Shown: piece after piece, positions 11,402 to 24,148 of the stretch
Layout: every line of letters starts with the position of its first letter
How positions within the stretch are numbered: position 1 is the first letter of the stretch
Assembly (NCBI GenBank): GCA_964016885.1
Contig: OZ024742.1
Location: 312,728,001-312,792,000 of the forward strand
Direction of reading: 5' to 3'
Source: Eledone cirrhosa
Taxonomy: Eukaryota
DNA length: 64,000 bases
The notes under the pieces: model-generated
The model's input: the letters and a program-made list of their open reading frames with translations, nothing else
Database searches by the model: none
Told to the model about the DNA's origin: nothing
Program-made: the position numbers and the translations under genes

Positions 11402-11550
11402 GTACTCGATACTTAAGAAAGTAAAGTGTAGGAATTGTAATAGGTTACTGCCCAACGGTTGAGCTCTTGCTGTTTCATCAAAACGCCAAGAGCTCAGCCA
11501 TGAGGCAGTAACTTATCATGATGCCTACACTTTCTTAGGTATCAAGTATT
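11402..11550. repeat. Imperfect ~150-bp palindrome related to 12095-12233
   Basis: gatacttaagaaag...gtaggaattgtaataggttactgcccaacggttgagctcttg pairs with caagagctcagccatgaggcagtaacttatcatgatgcctacactttcttaggtatc. Confidence 0.75.
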
Positions 11551-12126
11551 ATATATAATATACATACGCACACACCAACCAGCAAGAGACCTAGAAGCAG
11601 ACCCCGAGAAGGATGGTTGGATAACATCAATAAGCTTGGCTGGTCACACTTAGAATTTCAGCCAGATCAGTTGGAGACAATTGCTTCTGACAGGACCTGA
11701 AACTGTGTGATTGAGAAGTGAACTTCTTAACCACACACAACCATGCCTGCAACTATACACACACATAAACACACACATATTTATATGTGTGTATATATTT
11801 ATCATCATCATCATCATCACTGTTTAACGTTCATTTTCCATGCTGGCATGGGTTAAACAGGTTGTCCAATTGTGGGACAAGTCAGATAAGATAACTGTGC
11901 CTTGCTTATATATATATGTAGTAGGGAAAGTGAACATTAAAACGACAATGATGATATATATATATTCACACAGAGTTGTATATATTATCTATCTATATCC
12001 CTCTCTGCCTCTCTCTCTCTCAATATATATATATATATATATATATAACGAAGGAAATGTGGTAAGGAACCAGGTGGACCATAACGCCCCAAAGTACTCA
12101 ATACTTAGGGTAGTAGAGTGGGTAAT

Positions 12127-12231
12127 AGGAACGAGTAGGGCCCCGACGGCTGAGCTCAAGCCGTTTCGACGGCTAATTCTGAATTAGCTGTTGAAACGGC
12201 TTGAGCTCAGCCATCGGGGTCCTACTCGTTC

Positions 12232-12232
<1 letters not shown>
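12127..12232. repeat. Palindrome made of two hammerhead 3' halves
   Basis: ggaacgagtagggccccgacggctgagctcaagccgtttcgacggctaattc | tgaattagctgttgaaacggcttgagctcagccatcggggtcctactcgttcc. Confidence 0.8.
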
Positions 12233-12306
<74 letters not shown>

Positions 12307-12342
12307 CATACATACACACATATCTCTCTCTATATATATAAA

Positions 12343-12396
<54 letters not shown>

Positions 12397-12397
12397 T

Positions 12398-12444
<47 letters not shown>

Positions 12445-13081
12445 CATATATATATATATATGCACACACACACATATACATATATATATATATATGTGTA
12501 TATGTATATATGTAAAGGTTGTTCTCCATCAAATCGAATAGTTAATCCCAATAACACTCAAGCTTTCTAACAGGATTGAGATGAAGTAAAAATACAACAT
12601 TCATTATTAAGGTCAGTTTAACATTAAATAAATACCACAAAATAATGTTTAAAAAATGGTATATTCCCTTTTCAAAGAAACCTGTCAGATGCAGCCAATG
12701 CAATGCAATCAACCCCAAATATTTGTAGTCAGGAAATAGTGGACAAACTATTGAAAAGACAATTTTTGTAGAATTACACTCTTATTCAGATCTAATCTTG
12801 GGTTTCACCATTAGAACAGAATGAGATCTTTCTAAGATCTGAGCACTTTAGATATGAAAGATCTTTATTTTTTTTATTTTTCTGCTATAATACTACAATA
12901 ATACCTTATCCACTTGGTAAAGCAGCTGAGTGGATAAGCCAATGGATGACCAGTTCATTCTTTTTTATTGCAGGTTCCTATCTGCTGTAGGCAGTTCATT
13001 ATATCTCTAAGCATTCACCTAATTTAACATGCCTTTTGTTCATCTAGCTGTGAAGGAATAGATAGTTAAAACCTGATTTAA

Positions 13082-13126
<45 letters not shown>

Positions 13127-13238
13127 TGTCTGTCTGTCTGTGTATGTGTGTATGTATGTAAGTTTGTGTGCATGTATGTATACGTGTGTGTATGTATGTA
13201 TGTGTGTTTGTGTGTATGTATGGATGTATTTATGTACG

Positions 13239-13292
<54 letters not shown>

Positions 13293-13366
13293 ATATGTGT
13301 ATATATATATATATATAACATGATGATGATGATGATGATATATATATATGTATATATATATACTTT

Positions 13367-13488
13367 GTGAAGGCGTGTGGCTGAGTGGTTAGAGAATTGG
13401 ATTCGCAATCGTAAGGTTGTGAGTTCGATTCCTGAACCAGGTGATGCGTTATGTCCTTGAGCAAGACACTTTATTTCACGTTGCTCCT
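13367..13488 (+). mobile_element. tRNA-derived SINE (family B), 5' part
   Basis: A-box tggctgagtgg, B-box gagttcgattcc, then ccttgagcaagacactttatttcacgttgctcc. Confidence 0.8.
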
Positions 13489-13744
13489 TCTACCTGGAGT
13501 TGTGACCGATAGATAGTATTAGCAATTGGAAAGACCGACGGAAACACTCTTCCCTCGGTCCGATTTGACGAAAGTCGATCGTCTTCCTATATATACTTTT
13601 ATGTTTAGAAATGAAAGAAAAAAATCCATGCTGTAGAGTTTATATTTATTGGCCATTACCGGGTGATTTACTCCAATGTTACTCAAATTATATATACATA
13701 TTTATATATATATATATATATTCATATATATATATATATATGGT

Positions 13745-14400
13745 GAAATGCTCGAGGCGTCCAACAACACCAGAGTAATTGTTCATAACAACATAAGCTG
13801 GACTACTCATATAAATAAAAAAGTTGACATGGCCTGCAGGATATGTTCTTGGTTTCTAAGAACTCTCCAGTTGAGAGATATCCACACCATTACCCTTCTC
13901 TTCTTTACTTTTCCCTGACCTCACCTTGAATACTGTTGTCCACTGTGGTCTCCCCACATGAAACAAAGTATTATAAAAATTGAAGCACCTCAAAGGTCAA
14001 TCACAAAAAAAGATAGACAATATGACAGGCCTTTATTATTGGTGTTGACTAGAAAAACTCAAACTCTAGTCTCTCTAACACCACTGTCATCATTACATTA
14101 TCTGCATGATGTGAAAAATATTCCATCAGCATTGCCCAAATGATGTTGACATCATCTTTAAAATGCACCTAAGGCTTGGGTCTCAGGCTATCTGCCCACA
14201 ACAAAAATCAAACTCCCATCTCATATCAACATGCGGCACAATTATTTCACCTCAACTGGTCCCGCTCTCTTTAACATTACACCAAAACACATTAAAACAG
14301 AAATAGATCCTATAAAATTAAAAAAGAAATTCCGGATAAACCTACACCTGGAGATGTCTTAAAAAAAATGACTTTCTACTTGAGTGGGCCATGGTGTTTA
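13745..14400 (+). pseudogene. Degraded CR1/L2-like LINE ORF2 3' fragment
   Basis: Translated pieces VIVHNNISWTTHINKKVDMACRICSWFLR..., PHLEYCCPLWSPH and IIKIEAPQRSITK are typical of the post-RT region of CR1/L2/Jockey-group LINEs. Confidence 0.75.
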
Positions 14401-15748
14401 CATTATGATCTGATAGACTTGACCAAGTGGTGCTATTAAGTTAGACATAGCCTGATCCAATATTGGCCAAAATCTATCAAAGCCATGTATATAATATGGG
14501 CACACAGGACAAGGTTGGATAAGGAAAATAATATAGACATATCGACAGCTAGCTACTAAAAGTCATTATGATTTCAGTACTTTAAAGTTAGTATCATTCC
14601 CTCTTGTGCATGTGGGATCGCAACATAATAAAATATGGTAAGGGAGGACAGAGTATGTCTTTTTGACTAAATGTACAAATGGAGAAAAAGGAACAGCAAA
14701 CAGTGAGGAAATGAAGTACAGTGTGTAGAACTACTTAGCCGAGAGGAAGGGGGAAGAGAAGGAGGGGAGAGAGAGAAGGAGGAGTAGAAAGGGAGAGAGA
14801 GAGAGAGAGAGAGAGGGAGCAAAAATAGAGTAAGAAAAATAAAGATAAAGAAAATATATATATGTATATATATATCATCTTCCCATCGCTATCATCATTC
14901 TCATCATCCTCATCATCACCCTTATTATCATCACCACCATCACCATCATCATCATCATCATCTTCACCATCCATAGCAGAAGCATTATTTTATTACCATG
15001 AATTACAGGGCGGTGGATTGGCAGTATCGGTAGAGGGTCGGACGCCATGCTTTGCAGCATAGTTATAGAAACCATACCAAAAATAGAACATATGAATGAA
15101 ACATCCTGATCCAGCGAGTAATTCTTCGTTATATTTAGAGAAGTATGGATACCCAATAGTGTATATATATTATGTTTTTATAAAAAGTAAATGATAACAT
15201 GAAATTGTGCACTTAGCTCAGAGACACTTACCCCCAGTACTGTCTTTATGCGCCCTTAGAACTCAGTAGATCCCAGATTAGAAGCCACTGGTATAGAGTG
15301 TCCGAAAATTGATAAAAGAATGTTAGTACCAGTTTCAATCTCATCAGTCATGGCAGATACGTTTGTATTCGACCTCAGCTTAACCATTTTACATTGAATA
15401 AAGCAGACCTCTCAAACATGCAGCTCTCAAACTACTATTCTATGGCTACAGCAGAACAATTTTTGGGAGTAAAATTTTCCTAAAACTTCATAATTTGTCC
15501 CTCTTCAATGTAATTTGTTTCTTGATTTGAATTTTAAAAAGCTTTTATAATTTTTATTGAAGATATCTACTATTTCTTTAAATGTGATAACACTTTGAAT
15601 TTTGCCTTTATTTTCTATTTTAACAACATTTATAGTAAAATCCATTGCCATTTACCCATGAAATAAATACAATTATATGGAAAAACAAATTTTATCAAAA
15701 GTGAAAATGGAAAAAAAGAGAATTTACCAAAAGTAAAAACAGAATTAA

Positions 15749-15969
15749 CCCTTTAGCCTTTACATTACTGTATGTTTACTATTGTATTTTTGTGGTAAAG
15801 GCTTTACCTCAAATAACTATCTCACATAATATTAAATCTACGAGATTTTGATATTATTTATTTTGAGAAAAATACCTTAACATCACTAGAAGTGGCCACT
15901 TACAGATGTTTTGAACAGAAAGAGGTGAGAGAATTCTGGTCGGATACAGACGGTTTAAATGCTAAAGGG
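15749..15969 (+). mobile_element. piggyBac-type MITE
   Basis: TTAA|CCCTTTAGC...GCTAAAGGG|TTAA (TIRs with TTAA target-site duplication). Confidence 0.85.
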
Positions 15970-16611
15970 TTAAGGAAAATTTTTCCGCCCTACATCTTGT
16001 ACCAATTCACATATCCCACTTACTATCATATGCATAATAATTTTGATGAAGGAAAAAAAAAAAAAAAAAAGAGAGCAGCCTATCAGCTGTATTGTAGATT
16101 AGGTTTATAACAGGTGGAAATCATGCCTCACGCCACATCTCACTTTTTAACTGCTGTGTCTCTTCCTCAGGATGAAATGGCCCCATTGAGTCCCTGAGTT
16201 CGAAACCCCTGGAATAAACATTGCCATATTAAATTAAGTACAACATTAAATTATATAATTCACACATCAAAAATGTAGTTTTCCTTTTTCATACATTTGT
16301 GTACATTGATCTATACATTACAAAACACACACAACTCACACATATATACGAGAAGAAAACCCACTCATAGTGTGGTGTTTCTGCTAGTATATATAAAAAT
16401 TTACACACATACAGCTCCCACCAAACACACATACACACACATAGACACTGGCATAAACATAGAAACATACATCACATACTGACTGGTAAATTTATAAATG
16501 AATATACACATTTTCAAGTTGATACATTTAATGATTATATATATATATATATACACATACATACATATATATCTCTGTATATATATATATATATATATAT
16601 ACATATGTATA

Positions 16612-16708
<97 letters not shown>

Positions 16709-17235
16709 ATTTACTTACACAACCAAACAAAATTTATGGAAGGCCAGTATATGACAAGCACATAATAATTATTATCAAAGCCTAGCAACCATAGTGTTTG
16801 GCCAGAAAGCATAAAATTGACATTTAGAACAATAGAAATGGTTTGTCTTTGTAAGGTTTGGTTGAGCAGTAATAGAGAAACTGAAAAATGCATTGATCCA
16901 CCATTTTCATTATCTATAAGTGGAAAGTGGATCTATTTAATATTTGCCAGCTTTTTAACTTTATTTGAATTAATGCCAGCTGCATTGTGGTATTGAAAAG
17001 TAGAATTAGATTTTGGTCTAAATTGAAACGTATACATTAAAACGTGCACACACATAAATATATACACCTATGTTCACACATACACACTACAGATACACAT
17101 ATTTATCAAATTTATTAATTCACGCATACACATTAAAATATAAACCTATATACTAATCGATGAATGAATTACTAAGACAATTAATAATAGACTGAAGTAA
17201 AACTCCACTGGTACATGTGTTTTTATTGGCAGCAT

Positions 17236-18470
17236 GACCCTAACACATGTTAGTTATTACCGACATCAAAATAAATACAAGACAGAATAAGATACGCAGG
17301 AAAATAGGAAGATGGAGGGTTTGGAAGCAAAAGGACTTTTCAGTTAAATATAGGTTTAGGAAGGCCGTACAGGATGCAGTAGATGAGAGGGGTGATGAGC
17401 TAGGCACATATAATGTAGAGGACAACTGGAAATGCTTATGTGACAAACTTTTACAAACTTCTGACAAGACTTGTGGCTGGAGTAGAGCACTAGCCAGACA
17501 AAGGGTGAACTGGTGGTGGAACAGCACAGGGGATAGAGCCATTAATGCCAAGAGACGGGCATGGGATGATTGGAAAAATGGGAGTAGCAGAGACCAGTAC
17601 CAGGATGCTAACAGAGAAGCTAGGCGACAGGTATGCTCAACTTGGAGAGAGGCTGAAAAAAGAAAGTTTGCCAATGTCTCGAGACATGAGGACCAGAGAT
17701 GTGAAGTATTTTGCATTGCAAAGGAGTGTGTTATTGTAAATTGAAAATGGGGTAAAATGTAGAAATGATGCTGGTGCACTTAGTAGCACCACTGATGCTC
17801 AAAAGAAAGAGGCCTGGAAATGTTACTATGAAAAGAATGAATCGAAGCAAGAAATACTACCTACAACTTACTCAATAGAAGGACCAGCGATTGAAGTTGA
17901 CAGTTATAAGGTCAAAGAGATGAAAAATGGTAAAGTTGCAGGACCGTTAGAGATAGTTGATGAGATGTTAAAAGCATTGGGAGAAGTAGGAGTCAAACTA
18001 GTAACTTGCATAGTCAATCAGGTAATATAAGACCGAGTGTTACACAATGATTGGTGAAGCAGTACAATCATAAATTGCTACATGGGCAAAGGTGATGTTC
18101 TAGAAAGGAGCAACTACAGAGGAATAAAACAAATGGACCAAGTTATGAAAGTGACAGAAAGAGGTATAGCACAACAAACTACGAAATGAGTCAAATTAGA
18201 TGAGATGCAGTTTGGTTTCATGCCTGGGAAAAGTACTACAGTTGTCCTCTTCTTAGTGAGGCAACTACAAGAGAAGTTCCTAGTCAAGAATAAGCCAGTA
18301 TATTTAGCTTTTGTTGATCTAGAAAAGGCTTTTGACAGAGTATATTGATCCATTATCTGGTGGTTCTTAAGGAAATTAAGTGTAGAAAAATGGCTTGTGA
18401 GAACAGTGCAAGCCATGTACAGAGGCGCTGTCAGTAAAGTGAGAGTAGAAAGTGAGTTTAGTGAAGAATT
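17236..18470 (+). pseudogene. Older, decayed RTE LINE fragment (linker + RT N-half)
   Basis: ORF 17247-17744 (TCGWSR..VNWWWN..NREARRQV) plus downstream NYRGIK, QFGF and AFVDLEKAFDRV, with many stops. Confidence 0.9.
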
Positions 18471-18616
18471 CGAGAGGAAACAATATTATTTCTATCAGCT
18501 ACCGCTGGAACAAAAGAATCAATTTGTTCATCTAAAAAGCACACATGGTGTTTATGAGGCTGTTTGCTTGCAAACAAAACCGAATATTAATAATATTATA
18601 ATATTATGATATTATT

Positions 18617-18798
18617 GGATTGGCAGTATCGGTGGAGAGTCAGACACCATGCTTTCCAGCATAGTTACGTCCCTTTATGATCTGAGTTCAAATCCTGCCG
18701 AGGTTGACTTTGCCTTTCATCCTTACAGGGTCGATAAAATAAAGTACTAGTAATGCACTTGGTAATTGCTGGCCTTGTGCCTAAAGTAGAAACAATTA
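18617..18798 (+). mobile_element. tRNA-derived SINE (family A)
   Basis: ggattggcagtatcgg...gagttcaaatcc...gcctttcatccttacagggtcgataaaataaagtac...agtagaaacaatta. Confidence 0.85.
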
Positions 18799-18821
18799 TA
18801 ATATTATTGTTATTCACTCAC

Positions 18822-18855
<34 letters not shown>

Positions 18856-18926
18856 CCGTCGAAACGGCTTGAGCTCTGCCGTCGGGGTCATACTTTTTCC
18901 TATATATATATATATATAGATATATA

Positions 18927-19570
18927 TAGAAATAAGAGGGATCAGATGTTGTTTACTTGAGAGAAGGCTACGTTGGTATGGACACGTGATGCGCATGAAA
19001 GTCGATAGCTGTATAACAAAGTGCAGGGCAATAAAGATAGACGGTAGCCACGGAATAGGCAGACCTAGAAAAACCTGGGACGAGCTGATAAACTCCGACC
19101 TCACACACTTACACCTCTCCAAGACAATGTCACTGGACCGAGACCTTTGGCGGTACTCAGTAATAGAGAAGACCCGCCTTACCTAAATACATAGTAAAAC
19201 CTACTACAGCCAGTAGTCATCTCTAACAAAATACACCCCCGTCCCACCACCCCCACCCCATCCACACCGCCCCCTTCTATGTAAAGTTATGTTGGTGCCA
19301 CACCATCCAGGCCGAAACAAATGAGATCGTGTAGGTGTCACGACAAAAAAACACACAGTCCGCACTGTAATGTGGTCGTGTAGGCAACATGGTAAAAACC
19401 TCCCAGACCCACACTGTAAATGTGGTTGGTGTTAGGAAGGGCATCCAACTGTAGAAAACCTGCCAGACAGTCCTATGCGAGCAAGACAACCACTCTTGCC
19501 TCAAGTGGGAAAACCCCCGTCCAAACCCATGCAAGCTTCGAACACGGACGTTAAACATTGATGATGATGA
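18927..19570 (+). mobile_element. 5'-truncated RTE 3' end (cluster copy 1)
   Basis: Encodes the ...GRPRKTWDELINSDL...EKTRLT* end, then 3'UTR and (GAT)n tail. Confidence 0.92.
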
Positions 19571-19616
19571 TATATATATATATATATATATATATTTATT
19601 AAATATATATATATAT

Positions 19617-20251
19617 AACGAACTAAGGGAGAAATTAGGAATAAGAGGGATCAGATGTTGTTTACTCGAGAGAAGACTACGTTGGTACGGTCACGTGATG
19701 CGCATGAAAGACGACAGTTGTATAAAAAAGTGCAGGGGGATAAAAATAGACGGTAGCCACGGAGTAGGCAGACCCAGAAAAACCTGGGACGACTTAATAA
19801 ATTCCGACCTCACACACTTACACCTCTCCAAGACAATGTCACTGGACCGAGATCTTTGGCGCTACACAGTAATAAAGCGAAACCTACAGTCAGTAGGCAC
19901 CTCTAACAAAAATACACCCCAGTCCCACTACCCCCACCCCATCCACACCACCCCTTTCGATGTAAAGTTATGTTGGTGCCACAACATCCAGGCCGAAACA
20001 AATGAGGTCGTGTAGGTGTCACGACAAAAAAACACACAGTCCACCCTGTAATGTGGCTGTGTAGGTAACACGGTAAAAACCTCCCAGTCCACACTGTAAA
20101 CGTGGTTGGTGTTAGGAAGGGCATCCAGCCATAGAAAACCTGCCAGACAGTCCTATGCGAGCAAGACAACCACTCTTGCCTCAAGTGGGAAAACTCCCGT
20201 GCAGACCCATGCAAGCGTGGAAGATGGACGTTAAATGATGATGATGATGAT
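19617..20251 (+). mobile_element. 5'-truncated RTE 3' end (cluster copy 2)
   Basis: Same ORF end with a deletion across the stop, then 3'UTR and (GAT)n tail. Confidence 0.92.
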
Positions 20252-20279
20252 ATATATATTTATTAAATATATATATATA

Positions 20280-20696
20280 TAATAGAGAAGACCCGCCTTA
20301 CCTAAGTACAAAGTGAAACCTACTACAGTCAGTAGGCACCTCTAACAAAATACACCCCCGTCTCACTACCCACACCCCAACCACACCACCCCTTTCAATG
20401 TAAAGTTATGTTGGTGTCACAACATCCAGCCCGAAACAAATGAGGTCGTGTAGGTGTCACAACAAAAAAAACACACAGTCCACCCTGTAATGTGGCCGTG
20501 TAGGTATCACGGTAAAAACCTCCCAGTTCCACACTGTAAATGTGGTTGGTGTTAGGAAGGGCATTCAGCCGTAGAAAACCTGCCAGACAGTCCTATGCGA
20601 GCAAGATAACCACTCTTGCCTCAAGTGGGAAAACTCCCGTCCAGACCCATGCAAGCGTGGAATATGGATGTTAAACGATGATGATGATGATGATGA

Positions 20697-20700
<4 letters not shown>
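20280..20700 (+). mobile_element. 5'-truncated RTE 3'UTR (cluster copy 3)
   Basis: aatagagaagacccgccttacctaa...gttaaacgatgatgat. Confidence 0.92.
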
Positions 20701-20751
<51 letters not shown>

Positions 20752-22670
20752 CATCATCATCATCATCATCAGGTTTAGCGTCCGTGTTCCACGCTTGCAT
20801 GGGTTTGGACGGGGGTTTTCCCACTTGAGGCAAGAGTGGTTGTCTTGCTCGCATAGGACTGTCTGGCGGGTTTTCTACAGTTGGATGCCCTTCCTAACAC
20901 CAACCACATTTACAGTGTGGGGCTGGGAGGTTTTTACCGTGTTGCCTACACGGCCACATTTACAGCGTGGACTGTGTGTTTTTTGTCGTGACACCTACAC
21001 GATCTCATTTGTTTCGGCCTGGATGTTGTGGGACCAACATAACTGTACATTGAAAGGGGCGGTGTGGATGGGGTGGAGGTGGTGGGACGGGGGGGTGTTT
21101 TGATAGAGATGCCTACTGACTGTAGTAGGTTTTTACTTTGTATTTAGGTAAGGCGGGTCTTCTCTATTACTGAGTACCGCCAAAGGTCTCGGTCCAGTGA
21201 CATTGTCTTGGAGAGGTGTAAGCGTGTGAGGTCGGAATTTATCAGCTCGTCCCATGTTTTTCTGGGTCTGCCTACTCCGTGGCTACCGTCTATCTTTATT
21301 GCCCTGCACTTTGTTATACAGCTGTCGTCTTTCATGCGCATCACGTGACCGTACCAACGTAGCCTTCTCTCGAGTAAACAACATCTGATCCCTCTTATTT
21401 CTAATTTTTTCCTTAGTTCGTTTATGCTTTGCCGTTCACGTATATTACTATTGCACATCCAGCGGAGCATGCAAGCTTCGTTCCTCTCTAGTCTGCGTAT
21501 ATCCTCTGCACACAATGCCCAGGTCTCACTGCCATGCAGCATTGCTGTTCGTATGCAGGCATCGTATAACCTGCCTTTCATTTTTAGGGAGAACCCTCTA
21601 GCGGCTAATAGTGGTATAAGCTCTCTGAACTTTTTCCATCCAGTTCTGACTCTAGCTACTGTACTTTCGGAGCACCCTCCCCCACTGCTGATTTTGTCAC
21701 CCAGGTAACGGAAGCTGTCCACTATTTCTATAGAACCCTCTGCGCAGTTGAAGGAGCTAGTATTTTGTGGGCACTTGCTGCTACTTATTGCACCAGAGCA
21801 CCGGCCACATGTAAAATCTATGTTCTTAGTTAGCTTACCTGTGATCCCACTACATCTTTTATGCACCCATACTTTGCATTTGGGACATAAAATGGAGTTT
21901 CTACCTACGCCTTTCCTACACACTGAGCATGGCCATTTCCCAGATGGGACTGCCGCCATATTTTCTTTCTTACAAACTAGAACTTTAGTCTTAGCCAGGT
22001 TAATTTTAAGGCCTTTTGATTCTAGGCCGTGCTTCCATGTTTGGAATTTTTTCTCTAGTTCGGTCATTGATTCAGCTATGAGCGTTAGATCATCTGCGTA
22101 TAGGAGTTCCCATGGGCAGCCGGTCTTGAACTCCTCTGTTATAGCCTGAAGTGCAATAATAAATAGTAGGGGGCTAAGAACAGAGCCCCGATGGACACCA
22201 ACTTTTACGCTAAACTCTTCACTATATTCGTTGTTAATTCTAACCTTACTGACTGTTTCTTTATACATGGCTTGTATAGCTCTCACAAGCCATTCGTCAA
22301 CACCTAGTTTTCTAAGAGACCAGCAGATAATGGAACGGGGGACTCTGTCGAAGGCTTTCTCCAAGTCGACGAAAGCTAAGTATAGGGGTTTACTTTTAGC
22401 TAGGTACTTCTCCTGTAGTTGTCGTACAATGAAAAGAGTGTCTGTGGTACTTTTGCCTGACACAAATCCGAACTGCATTTCATCTAGATCAATTCTCTCT
22501 CTGATTAGTTGCGCTATTACTTTTTCCGTGACCTTCATGACCTGGTCGATTAATTTAATGCCTCTATAGTTACTCCTATCTAGGGCATCTCCTTTTCCCT
22601 TATAGCAGTTAACGATGATGCTGCTACGCCAGTCCTTCGGAACAACCCCATTCTGTACGACTTGGTTAAC
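20752..22670 (-). mobile_element. Young RTE LINE, 5'-truncated, with open RT-to-C-terminus frame
   Basis: ORF 21144-22538 (464 aa) has RT motifs, the PHD-type finger and an uninterrupted C-terminus; (CAT)n tail at 20752-20770. Confidence 0.95.
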
Positions 22671-22675
22671 TTGGT

Positions 22676-22785
<110 letters not shown>

Positions 22786-22803
22786 TATATATATAATATA
22801 TAT

Positions 22804-22858
<55 letters not shown>

Positions 22859-23359
22859 CTCTTTATCTTCTCTTTCATCTGACATCTGTTTTCTCTGGTG
22901 GCAAAAGCTGGATGGGTCATCACAGACCAAGTCAGTACCTAGACAGAACTACTCCCCTTTCAGATGGATCACTGGCCCACATCTTGCTTATATACATTCT
23001 ATCTTTCTACCAACAACACCAGATGTATTTTATCAAGACATCTGCACTAGGGAGATTGTCATGGTTTTGATACAGCTAAATAATGCACTTGACCATTTGT
23101 TTGGCAGGCTTTCTACAGTTGGTTGCTTTTATTATTACTAACAACTTTACAGAATATACTGGGTGTGTTTATCATAGAAATACTCCATGAAGCTGATGAT
23201 TCACTCAATCACTAGTGTCAGTGTTTCATTGAGAAGAATATATAGAAAGTAGAAAGTGAATGGCTCATCAGTTTCAAATAAATAAACTCTACAACATACA
23301 TTTTCTCTTTGTATATTCAAACGTAGGACTTGTGGAATTCCATGCCTACAGAAATCTTG

Positions 23360-23720
23360 TTAATGTATCCTGATATGTGATTTCCCATGATTAACACAGC
23401 TGGCTTTTGTAATACTACCAGAGATACAAACAAGGTTGCACCCTTGTACATTGATCCAAAATGAATGTTCAGTGTAGTGATAGATATGAACACCTATGAG
23501 TATAGAAGACATGAAAGGTGGGGCTGAATAAGATGAATGTGAACAAAAGTCTTGCACTTGTTTCATGAAATGTAACCTCACATGTGTAATACGACCAGTG
23601 TTTGAAAGTGTAATAGATCCACAGACAATGCAAGTGAGATCTCTTCCACTGATAGTAATTTTAGAGCACATTATTTCACTATTTGATGAAGAATCTGGTT
23701 TTTCTCCAATTGCAGACCTC
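23360..23720 (-). CDS. Possible host exon with a C2H2 zinc-finger-like motif
   Basis: Candidate acceptor tgtttatag near 23721; 120 open codons in non-repeat sequence; CIVCGSITLSNTGRITHVRLH fits C-X2-C-X12-H-X3-H. Confidence 0.3.
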
Positions 23721-23779
23721 TATAAACACACATAAATACATAAATGTGTTTACACCAACTTGTTCAATAATGGTCTCTG

Positions 23780-23962
23780 ATTAAGGCACAAGGCCAACAA
23801 TTTTTTGGAGAGTGGAAAGTCGATTAAATCGACTGGTACTTTAACTTATTGACCCCATAAGGATGGAAGGCAAATCTAACCACGGCAAGATTTGAACTGA
23901 AAATGTAAAGGGCCATAACTATGCTGTGAAGCAGGGTGTCTATCGATACTGCCAATCCACCT
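23780..23962 (-). mobile_element. tRNA-derived SINE (family A)
   Basis: Family A consensus on the minus strand. Confidence 0.75.
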
Positions 23963-24112
23963 TTACTAAATAATAACAAGGATAATTCCTGAATTAGAGC
24001 ATATTCATATATATATATATATATATGTAAAAGGTAAACAGAAATAACAACACAATTGGTACATTATATGGAAGGGACATATTAGGTTAATGCTTATATA
24101 GCAGGAAGAGGG

Positions 24113-24148
24113 TCTTAACGTTTCAGATGCTAGTCCTTCATCAGAAGA
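24113..24148 (-). ncRNA. Minimal type I hammerhead ribozyme (Penelope-type), partly decayed
   Basis: UCUU-CUGAUGA-AGGACUAGCAUCU-GAAA-CG-UU-AAGA: intact core, stem I UCUU/AAGA, palindromic ACGU stem III. The adjacent sequence 24150-24225 recurs at 39330-39410. Confidence 0.65.

Noticed and set aside
13367-13445. tRNA-like A/B boxes as a tRNA gene
   Set aside because: It continues into the SINE body and the acceptor stem is imperfect, so it is a SINE head.
12173-13464. Many ORFs rich in YI/VC/HT repeats (also at 16.4, 22.6 and 38 kb)
   Set aside because: They are translations of (TA)n/(CA)n microsatellites, which lack stop codons.
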